Source of the DNA: Euprymna scolopes
Taxonomy: Eukaryota
Length of the DNA stretch: 64,000 bases
Assembly (NCBI GenBank): GCA_053919585.1
Contig: CM132816.1
Strand: one strand, 5' to 3'
Shown: in pieces, positions 37,891 through 49,300 of the stretch
Layout of the letters: the number at the start of each line of letters is the position of its first letter
How positions within the stretch are numbered: position 1 is the first letter of the stretch
The notes under the pieces: model-generated
Told to the model about the DNA's origin: nothing
The model's input: only the letters and a program-made list of their open reading frames with translations
Databases searched by the model: none
Made by a program: the position numbers and the translations under genes

Positions 37891-39614
37891 TATACATATA
37901 TACCCATATACACAGAGAAATGCATATATTTATACCAAGTAAATATACTATAGTTAGAATAAATAAATAATTAAAAATAAATACATAAGTAAATACAGGC
38001 GTGTAGTTAATAATGCGAGGTGAGGTAAACGCATCATTAATTTCATATATATGGGCAGCTTCTAACAAGGTGCTTTGGACAATGTTTATGTTTAACTTTA
38101 TTTTCAGTGTTAAATGTATTGTTGATACAGGCTATATACATATACATACATATAAACACATGTGTTTATATGTATGTATATGTCTGTATCAAAATATTTT
38201 AAACACTGAAAATAAAATTAAACATACCCACTACCCAAAGCACCATGTTAGAAACCCACCCCATTTATATATGAACGTAACGATGCGTCTACCTTACCTC
38301 GTATTATTAACTACACCCATGTATTTAATTATTTGTTTATTATTAATTATAATTAATANNNNNNNNNNNNNNNNNNNNNNNNNNNNNNNNNNNNNNNNNN
38401 NNNNNNNNNNNNNNNNNNNNNNNNNNNNNNNNNNNNNNNNNNNNNNNNNNNNNNNNNNNNNNNNNNNNNNNNNNNNNNNNNNNNNNNNNNNNNNTGTCAG
38501 AAGCCCACCACCAGTATATATGACCATAACGATGCGTCTACCTAACTTCGCATTATTAACTACACCGATGTATTTGCTTATTTATATATTTATTTATTTT
38601 TTTTATTATTTACTTATCCTAACTTTACTCTATTTACTTGTTATAAATATATACATCTATGCGCGTATGTATATATATATATATGCATATATACATGGGC
38701 ATATATGTATATGTATATATATGTCTATGTATATCTGTATATTTACATTTTTATAGATATGTATATTTATGCAATTGTATATACGTGTATATGGGTGCAT
38801 GCGTATGTATACGTATGTATGTATATATAAGCACATCTACGTATTACTTGAAATCTATATCTCCACGTATATGTATATAGGAAGGTGTATATATATATAT
38901 GTATATGTTCATGCGTCTATGTATATATGTGAGTATGTATACGTGCATAAGGGTTGCGCGCATGTGTTTGTATGTCTGCATATAGATCCAGCTATGTCTG
39001 CATAAACATTCTTTATATATATAAATGTGTATGCGCCTATGTGTCTGTATATGGATGTGTAGAAATATACACATGTGTATATATGTATGTATGCGTATTT
39101 GCGCGTAAGTTAGCGCACTTATCTGCCTAAAACCAACCCATTGTAACTGAAATGAACAAGTCGACTCATAGTTACTACGAAAATTTTAAATGGAACCCTG
39201 TACATGTAAAACACATGACATCTACGCCAACCTTTCCCTCTCTCTCTTCCTCTCTTTCCCCCTCTCTCTCACTCTCATTCTCTCATTTACTTAATATACC
39301 TTGCTGAACAAGCATAAAGCAGTCAAAATTTTAAACCCAAAGATGAAAACTCCTCCATCTCCTTACCTTACACCCGTCTCTTTTTTTCTTTTCCATCCTG
39401 TTTCCACCTCCCCCTCTCTATATCTATATATGTCCACCCACGCCTACCTGAATCTGCTACCTCCCACACAAACAATGCAAACAAATGTATTTTACCCTTA
39501 AATACTGACATTTTGTCAATACCCGTCTACCCCGTTATTATCTCCTATTCCCCATGCCCTTTTTTGTATTTATTCTAAAACACTTCTTCATTATACTAAC
39601 AATCATTTATGTAG

Positions 39615-39670
39615 ACTCTGAAGAGGCTGTGTGATCGTAAACCTGGTTCAACATCCGAAACATATGTAAC

Positions 39671-39671
<1 letters not shown>
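39615..39671 (+). ncRNA. Minimal type I hammerhead (core intact, stem I decayed)
   Basis: CTGAAGA GGCTGTGTGATC GTAAACCTG GTTCAACATCC GAAAC ATAT GTA ACC. Confidence 0.65.
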
Positions 39672-39727
<56 letters not shown>

Positions 39728-39944
39728 CCATGAGGTTCTTTTTGAAATGCACCGCTATACTAATTATTTTCATCATGGGCAACATGGATACCCCCCAACA
39801 AAAATAAAATAATGTATGTAAACATGTACATGTAATCGTCCCAAAAGGAAGTATGTGATTCCACAAAATCCAGGTCTTATTTTTTGGGGTCAATGTAACG
39901 TTTCTTTTACGCTCCCACCAAAACCTTAAAATGACGACGTTCAA

Positions 39945-41445
39945 TGGTTTTCGGTGGTGCTGAAAACGAATATTACGTTTAAATGTTGGACAGATAAGTA
40001 GTGTGATGATATGAAGAAATTACTTTTTCAAAAAGTCGGGGTTCACGTTCCTATACAAATTTAACGGAAAATAAGCATCCACTGTTAGGGAGAGGAAAGG
40101 TGCGAATGAACTCGAAATCCGGGCCATCAACAATGGAACCTGGAATTGGATGACCTGGTCCTATGTATGAGGCAAGCCGTTTCATGGGTCAGACCGTTGA
40201 ATGGAGCAAAGTTCGAACGAACTTAAACCCTGATCGACAAAAATGCAGATGACGTATTTCAGCCGCAGGTACCCCCAAAAGCAAACACCGAGAGGGTCAG
40301 AATATGGGTCGATGCGTAAATTGGTTAATGGGTTACTAGGTCGAAAATCCATAAAAAAGACAAATGATAAACAAAAAACAGACAGAAAGACGAGGAGAGA
40401 GAAACGAGGACAGACGACTATAAACTGCCTGTAACGTTCGCAACCTACATCCCTCTCCACCACCTCCACCGCCGTATAGTTTAAATATGAATGTTTGAAA
40501 AATAACACAATATTTGTGTTGATTACAGTGTCTTCTTATTATTGATAAATGAACAAGGTAATTCCAATCAGAGACGCTTACAACAAACATATGTGTATTA
40601 ACGTCAAACTAACTATCCTTCTATCTATCGAGATATTAAAAAATCTCTGATAGTTAAATTACAAGCTTGGTGCTAATGCAATAGAATGTACTCTGGCAAG
40701 ATGAAACACTAAGACTCTTCCTTAGACGAACAACAAAACAAAATAGACGTCACCGTAATACCACCCAGTATATACCACCACTTTCTTGTCGCCTAGTAAT
40801 TTCTTCATATCATAAAACAAATTTAACTGTGATATTCGCTTTCAGCACCCCTGATAATTTGCGCTGTTTTCTTTTACTAAGAGATGCGTTAATTTTTTCA
40901 TCTCATATTTTAGAACGCTAATTATGCTGTTAGTAATTTAAAAAAAAGCATACTTTAGTTTTTCGTAATTTTTCATTATACAACAGGTATAGTGGTGAAC
41001 AGGTGCCTCGGCAGTTTAACATTTCAAAAAAATTCTGTTTTCATTAGGAGGCGGTTAAGTAAACTACGAAAGCACCTAGTAAAATCTATACAAATTCTAT
41101 AATTCGATACCCACCTCAAAAAAAATGAAAAACAAAAATATATTTTTGTAAACCGCTCGTTTAAGCTGACTGACAACATTATTTACACCCTAAATTATAA
41201 AAAAATCAACGAATCCCTTAGTAAAAAAACAGCGACGGTGTTCGATGGTGCTGAAAAAATTACAGGTAAATTTGTTTTATGATATGAAGAAATTATTAGA
41301 TGGTAAGAAGGTGGGTGCCAATTTTGTGTGAAGTTTATATAGGCTCCCCCAGTTTTTGAAAAAAAAGTAATTTTTCATATCATGAAAACAACTTATCTGA
41401 CCCAAATTTAAATGTGATATTTTTAGCACTATCCAAAACCGTTAA
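39945..41445. repeat. Nested inverted repeats of a 60-100-bp module
   Basis: GGTGCTGAAAA..ATGATATGAAGAAATTA lies on + at 39955-40023 and 41248-41296, and on - at 40797-40850 and 41345-41440. Confidence 0.65.
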
Positions 41446-42352
41446 AAGTGTTCATATTCAAGTTTTTGGGAGGAGTTTGAAAGGAACTTGATATTGCCCA
41501 TTTTTCTAGGGGTAAACGGCCCTGGGTGACGTCGTAAAAATTGACCATATTTAATTAAGATATTAAATTCATTATAAAGAAAATCTGTTTCACAGGCAAT
41601 TAAACACACTTGCTGTGGTATAATTATTATAATAAATCCTTGGCAACTACGATTAAATTTCATAAACAAAAATCAAAAAGAGCAGGGGATGATGGATTTT
41701 GTAAACATGTGTCTCTGTGACTAACTCTGCCCTCGCGAAGATGCAAGTAAATGAGAGCATTAATTTTAATTATTTTTCTCTGACAAATGAAAAAAGGTTA
41801 CTTAAAAAGTAAGAATAAGTGAAAAAAAATCCTACAAATTAAAATTAAAAAAAATAATTCAGCTTATAATAATATTTCGAAATGAAAACAAAAACAGGAA
41901 ATATTTAATAACGTGCTCCGTTTAAAACAATTTTTCAATTAAGCTATCACAGTGATTTCCTTTTTTTTTTGTTTTCTGGTGTTTGGTTGTAAGATAAAAT
42001 GATTTTAGATTTCAGATAAAATAAATTAAATCAAACATTTAAATAAACTAAATAATTATTTTTTTAATTAGCTATTTTCTCGGATAAGTAATATCATCGA
42101 GGTAATTATTTAAATATATTGCATTTAATGTGATATGTTAATGACCGTAACTCAGTAATGAAAAGGTGATTAAAAGAATGCTATATATTCAAAGTCCGTA
42201 CACAATATAATGTCTCTTTGTCAGAAGTATCCTAATATGGCCATTAATATTTCTTGACCAGGAGAGGTGTACACACATATACCCTGTATTTTTCTTTGGT
42301 TATTAATAGTTGTACACAGAGATTAACACACACGAACGCTACTACTTTATAT

Positions 42353-42407
<55 letters not shown>

Positions 42408-42969
42408 CGCATTTATGGGTACAGATTTATCTTCTTTACACGGGATTTTTCAATTTTATCATCATTACACTCGGAGAAAATATTCAGAAAGATTACGGAA
42501 ATCATGCATTTAATAAAGTAAGCAAACTTTGTGTTCATCAATGGATGTTGATGGGATTATTATATGATTCACAAGTTTTCTTAGATTATATTTCAGAAGA
42601 TGTAATAAACAAAGTACATAGATGAAGAAATAAGAAGAAATAAATGCACGCGTATACAGTTTATATAGATCAACATAGTTTCATTATGTGGTGTGTGTGA
42701 TAGTAACAATTAACATATTATTAATCTTGGTTGATAAGGACCACTTCAGTGCACGTCAGGATAAACCAAATCTGTGAAATGAACGACGACATGATGTCAT
42801 CTCTGCCTTGTGATATTTTAGTTTGATAACATTTTATGTGTGTACGGTAACAATTAGGAAAACAGTAAGGATATATTTACTAGTGGTAATTGTATATAAT
42901 AATATTATTTAAGAGAACTTGTTCATGTTCGACTTGAAGACGACAATATTGTTGCCAGCGAGAAAGCAT

Positions 42970-43024
<55 letters not shown>

Positions 43025-43439
43025 CAGATTACGGATTTTATAATACTGCAGATGTACAATTCATATAAGTACTTGTATCAATATTTAAAATACAATCTTA
43101 ACCAGATAAAAAAGAAAAATATTTTTGCAACATTGTAATTATAAATTTATTAAAAAACTGTAAACTACAAGATTTTAACACACATTTACTATTTTAATAA
43201 GATAGCATATTAAAATCTTTATATTTCCTGGCTCAATATTAACTTTGCCGTACTTTTTGTANNNNNNNNNNNNNNNNNNNNNNNNNNNNNNNNNNNNNNN
43301 NNNNNNNNNNNNNNNNNNNNNNNNNNNNNNNNNNNNNNNNNNNNNNNNNNNNNNNNNNNNNNNNNNNNNNNNNNNNNNNNNNNNNNNNNNNNNNNNNNNN
43401 NNNNNNNNNNNGTTTTGTGTATTGATATTCATAATAAAT

Positions 43440-43855
43440 ACTTATTTTCCATTTACTTAAAGAGAAAATCCAACGTTGAATTCCACTTCATACGTATGAA
43501 AACAACGCTAGCAAACAAATACTGGAAACTCACGGAAAGCGAACGTTCGCCGATAGTCGAATTGAAAATAGTACGACAAGCAAATACATGTAGAGACCTA
43601 GACGATCTATGTAGAGTATGCCTTCATTTAAAACTTTGCCATCCTATATTTTAAAGAACCCCCAACTGTAGGAGAGAAATAGTGAACAATTGTGTGCACA
43701 TGATAAACTTTACTAAATAATTTAAACACTAACAAAAACAATAGAAAAAAACAAATACAAATAAATAAATAAATAAACATGCATATACATAAACTACCCC
43801 ACACGCACGCACATATCTATATACAAATATATATATATATATTTATATATATATT

Positions 43856-43889
<34 letters not shown>

Positions 43890-44180
43890 AACTTAACCTA
43901 GATTTAGAACAGGTAAAGACACTAGATATCTAAGCTAAATAACACAGACAGAGGTAAAACGGGCATTTGCATGTAACTAGCTACTCATTAGTTGATTAGG
44001 AAGTGCGCAGTGGATATTAGAAAACTGATTGCTTAATTAAAAACTCAATAGAAGGTGGGTATATAAAAACGCGAGACAACCACACAATTCTCGCATAATC
44101 CTGAAGAATCATAGAGTTAATTAAAAGCGGAATATTCAGTGTAGCTTAATCGCCATATATATTTTATAACTTACTAACTA
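43440..44180 (+). mobile_element. Second copy of the PLE GIY-YIG C-terminus plus pseudo-LTR, with a dead hammerhead
   Basis: MKTTLANKYWKLTESERSPIVELKIVRQANTCRDLDDLCRVCLH; TATATAAAAA at about 44060; CTGAAGAATCATAGAGTTAATTAAAAGCGGAATATTCAGTGTAGCTTAATCGCC at 44101. Confidence 0.8.
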
Positions 44181-44423
44181 GCTCTACCTACGTATTTATC
44201 GATATTGAACTAAATACTTAAAGTTTATGTCAAATGTATACTTTCGTATATTACTTTTATGTGAGTAAATGAAGTAGTTATATAAATAAATATAAGTTTT
44301 ATGACAATTGGTAAAAAATTACCCTATATTTTCAAACCAATAAAATATTCGAAAATCTTCCTTATTGCAGCCAGCTCTATTTTTTTCTGATTTGGTTGTT
44401 ACCCCCGTTGCCTTGCCAGGTCA

Positions 44424-44488
<65 letters not shown>

Positions 44489-44679
44489 TATATTGTTATT
44501 GCTTACGCAATTTGGTCACAACAATGAGAAGTTGCTGAGTTTGACAGACTAAATATATATCTCCATTAAATACTATGTGTTTCTTACATTCGAATTTCTA
44601 TATTTATAAACTGTATGGTTGTATGGGTTTTATATTATTTAAAGGATTCGATTTAAAAAGAGAAGTATAGCCACATGAG

Positions 44680-45230
44680 TCTTCTAGTCCGAAAACATGG
44701 TTGTAGGAATAAGCACTCTTCATACTTCCATAATACAATATGCACATCATAAAGAGCTGTGTAATTTAATGATGTCGTAAATGCATGTTGCGTAAGAAAT
44801 GTATGTAGAGCAATATAACATAGTTTTACATTGAACGATATCAAATCAAAGATCCTTTGGGTTGGCTTTTTCTAGTTGGAGGAAATATTGCAGAAAAACC
44901 TATCAGATAATAAGATCCATGAATATAAATTGCTTAATTACCAATTTAATTGTACGACATTTTGATGTACAAGTTTTAAAGTGCTTATTAACTGGGACGA
45001 ATTGTAATCCCCAAAAAGGTTAAAGACTTTTAAAATGGGATGTAATGCGCACAAAACTATGACAGCATTGCAAAGGTGATGCATCCAAAAAAAATGTAAA
45101 ACACGCATTCTACTATTTTCACTAAACTGGTACAGGTATGTAAGCGTCACTTATTCCAGCTGTACATGACATAAAAATTACACTTATAGTTTACCTGCCA
45201 TCAACAGGTAGTTCAACTAGTGGGCGAAAT
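44680..45230 (-). mobile_element. piggyBac transposase C-terminal relic
   Basis: YQFSENSRMRVLHFFW..LCNAVIV resembles YxxxRKxxKWxxxxFFxxxxxxxxNA; ECLFLQPCF resembles the terminal LCxxPCF. Confidence 0.35.
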
Positions 45231-45625
45231 TTTAGCGCGGCAACAGTTTTTTGGGAATGACTATTTTTTTACTCGAATTAATCTTACTAATATTATTACG
45301 TACGTATCCATTTGGTATAATATTCTTCGTCCAATTTTTTGTTTGACTTTAGAGTGTTGATATATATTTTATTTTTCCTTAGTTGCTATAACCATGTATT
45401 TAATCTACATCAGTAGGCTTCTCGCTTTTTTTTATTACCAGAAAAGAATATGATGCATATTGACTACGTGTGATATGAATATACATGCGTATGTATAATG
45501 CATCCCCGGACAAATTTATGTGAAAGTTTATGAATTATACATAAAAGTGTCCCTATACTGCAATGTAAGGAAGTACATCGGTATAATGAATAATAGTGTA
45601 CATATGTAGGTGTGTATCACAGAGG

Positions 45626-45677
<52 letters not shown>

Positions 45678-46099
45678 TATACACATATATATACATATAT
45701 ATACATTATAGATAAACATTTCTATACTCTTAAATGTGTATGTATCGTTTTGTAATGTATACATGAATAAATATCCAATTATATGTTAGCAATCAGCTTT
45801 GACTTGACATATGAGAAAGCGAATAATCTTATACCATATACACTAAAGCNNNNNNNNNNNNNNNNNNNNNNNNNNNNNNNNNNNNNNNNNNNNNNNNNNN
45901 NNNNNNNNNNNNNNNNNNNNNNNNNNNNNNNNNNNNNNNNNNNNNNNNNNNNNNNNNNNNNNNNNNNNNNNNNNNNNNNNNNNNNNNNNNNNNNNNNNAA
46001 AGTATAAAAGCTTATAACTTTTCTTTATTCGTTTTCAATTGGTGACGTGCAGGAATACAAAATAATAATATGAAAAAAAATTTAAAAACTTTTTTTATA

Positions 46100-46140
46100 A
46101 GTACATAATTTTCGACCGATCCTTCAGTCTTCATCGGTGT
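46100..46140 (-). ncRNA. Degenerate hammerhead-like motif
   Basis: Minus strand CCGATGA A GACTGA AGGA TCGGTC GAAA ATTAT GTA; stem II pairs, but the core has U>C and stem I is unclear. Confidence 0.4.
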
Positions 46141-46181
46141 AGTGATGCACCGATATATATATATATATATATAAATACATA

Positions 46182-46238
<57 letters not shown>

Positions 46239-46322
46239 GTGCATGTGATGGATATACATATATATATATCATTATTATTACTATTATGGTTATTATCATT
46301 ATTATTTTTTTTATTACTATTA

Positions 46323-46324
46323 CG

Positions 46325-46367
<43 letters not shown>
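46323..46367. repeat. (ATT)n microsatellite; others at 63100-63146 and 63291-63354
   Basis: Direct reading. Confidence 0.95.
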
Positions 46368-46371
<4 letters not shown>

Positions 46372-49300
46372 TATTATTATCATTAAAATTGTGGGGCCAG
46401 ATTATATCTATTTATATTCTTGTCGACACTATATTACTCATATGTTGTTTTTCTAATTTATTTTATCTTAATGTCTTAGCATTAAATATTGAATAGTGTT
46501 AATGGCTTAATATATATTTTGAACTATTTACAACCAGTGCATTACTTGTATTACATATGTAAGTATAATTAGATTTTGTCGTAAAACTCAGGTATTTCAA
46601 TATTTTGTAGACCCCCCCAGATTACTTTAAAAATAATTGTAGTTTGTTTCAATTATAATTTGGACCATTTATAATTTTATTACAACACGGCCATGTTGAT
46701 GTCAAACTTTCGATGGTGATGTCAAACTTTCTGAACTTTACGAGTTCAATTAGACTATATTTAGGCAATGATCCTTTTAATATGGTGTATTTTGTATGTT
46801 TCTCAGCATATAAATAGGAATTTAATATATCTCCAAAGATTAGGATTTGACGGGATAAAATCGTAATAACGAGCTCTCCAGCTGACATATCCTTTCGTGA
46901 AATTATCTCTTTATCATATTTTTTATCAGTCGTTTGAACGTATTGCGAGCTGAATGCCATGTGGCAACATTTTACTGAAACTACTCTCGTACCCACCAAA
47001 CTAAGCCGGACACAAATTAACCCATAGATGCCAACTCAGAAATGAAATGGACAGATTTGACACTTTAATGTTAGGAACGTATTTATAAAAGGTACATTAT
47101 ACTTAGAAAATCTTAACGCTCTCGGAAACGGTTAAACTACGAAAAATGTTATTTATGTCTACTAAAATATTAGCATATTGCTAGGTAATAAAACAGCAAG
47201 AGCTATTTTCAATAATTTTATTAATATATAAATACATTTTTACCTTTATTAAAGTATACTAATTTTGTTACTTTAATTGTATTATATATATTTATATTAC
47301 GTAATAATTAAAGATCATATTATATCCTGATACAATAGTAACATTAAATAACAATACACTAGTAACAAAGAATAGCTTTGTCGAGTTTACACTACGGGTT
47401 ACATGAACAGTTCCATTTGCTATAAGACCGGATAAATATGACTCTCAATGTAACACTAAAGATATACACACTAGGTAATCAGACTGACTTTTACGTAGTT
47501 TTCCTGTTTGTTGCATTTGAGTTTCTGTTCAGTATATGTTCTTTTAATAAGTATCTAGTTTTATCTATTGTGCGACCCTTATAGATCCACATCAAAAACA
47601 AAATAAAACCGCCTATCTCTAGAACAATTACAAAAGATGTAATTACCTATTCCAAAACGAAAAAAATCTTCACTTACCTTTGACGAGGTGATATTAGTTA
47701 ATAAGAAGCGGGCAGATGTTAACATTTATCAAAAGCGAGAAATATTCGCGGAAAAGTATATTTACAGAATGATTGAATGCTGAGATATAGGAAATCAATT
47801 GTTGTACTAAACCTGAAGAAGACCATGGGCGACGTTTGAATAAAGTTTAAATGTTTTATAAAAGTTTGTGTTTATATGAGATGTGAAGATACCGATATAG
47901 AAAGCGGGAAAACATTTCTGGAAAATTGAAGTTTTTTTTTTACGCATTTCCGTTAAGATTACAGTAAAATTAGGTGTTACAGAAAGGATGAAAGAGAGAA
48001 AGGGAGTACAAGAGAGAGGGATCTGACATCGGTAAACGAGAAATATAACTTCTGAAAGACTATCTTTAGCGATAGAGTAGATAATATAAGAAATAAATCA
48101 GATCGTATTACAGCCGCGTTTACTCTTACATGAATAAAATAAGGTAGATAATGCTTGCCAAACCGCGCAAACAACAAAAATGGCTAAGTGGGCGTATCAT
48201 AAATTCATTTGTGATTTGTTTTTATTTATTTGTATTATCAAATACATATGGAAATAATCTAATCATCCGTGCCATTATATTTGAGTTTTTCAGTTTTTTA
48301 CAATTATACTTTTTTGTTTATTTCCTCTCTTTATTTTAGCAACTGATTTGAATAGTCAGTGCGTAATAAGTTGAACAAAATATATACGGCATTATTCGCT
48401 CGCATTTCCTGAATAATATTTTACATTTTTGCATAAAATTTTCTTTGCGGTCAAAGCTGAAATTATGTATCGTCAGGAAAGATTGCTTGATTCAGATACA
48501 ATTAATACATCCATCTATGGCGGTCGGTTGAAATATTAAAATAATATAGAATACTAAGAATAGCAAATATTTACGAGATACGGCCATTTAAATTGCGGAG
48601 GCAACGATGAAAATTATAATCATTTTCAACGTTACACAATGACTTCCTAAAATAAACTTTTAGATTAAAAATATTTCCATGGCAGTTGATCAACTAATCT
48701 TGTGATTATCTACCCTACCCTGTTTAACATTCCTAGCAGACACTCGTCTCACTACAAAACAGTTCCACTTATAAACCATATGTTTTAAAATCTTAGAGCA
48801 ATGTCCATGAGTAAGGGCGTTCTATTTGAGATACGCTATATGGATCACAGTGCTGCTGGGCTGCATTTCAGCTTACTATAATATAACTGCCTTAATGTCT
48901 AAGCTGGGCATGGCCTTTGTTTATACCTCCTCGTAAACGAAGCTAATACTAATCAAATTTAATCATCCCGATAATCAGGCTGCTCTCTTATCGGACAACA
49001 ATCACTTATCTAAACTTTATTCTTGAGTGACTTTTAGGTGATACCAGTGAAAACAGGATATCTTTACCGAAGCTTTGTCGATTCATTCCGATTGTTAATT
49101 AACGTTTAGTTTATATGAAAAGTAATCTTGACAGAGGAACGACTGTTGCATTTAGTTGGCTTAAATCTGCGATTTGGGTAGATTATCCGGACAGCGGAAA
49201 CTCTTGTAGATGAGATGAAACGTTTTAATTATCAATGACTGTCTTTAATATTCTACAAAGTTTAGCTCATCGTGAACTAACTTCCTTTATCATCTTTAGA

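Larger units (their letters stand above)
36830..39675. repeat. Giant imperfect palindrome with a hammerhead at each outer end
   Basis: Centre AAACACA|TGTGTTT at 38160/38161. Arms are alignable outward (GAGTCGACTTGTTCATTTCAG vs CTGAAATGAACAAGTCGACTC; GTAGCAGATTCAGGTAGGCGTGGGTGGA vs TCCACCCACGCCTACCTGAATCTGCTAC). Contains an N-gap at 38359-38494. Confidence 0.9.

Noticed and set aside
38240-38580. Direct repeat on both sides of the N-gap
   Set aside because: It may be a haplotype or scaffolding overlap and cannot be called a real duplication without reads.
38013-38756. Longest ORF in the track (247 aa)
   Set aside because: It spans an N-gap and (TA)n-derived low-complexity sequence inside the palindrome.
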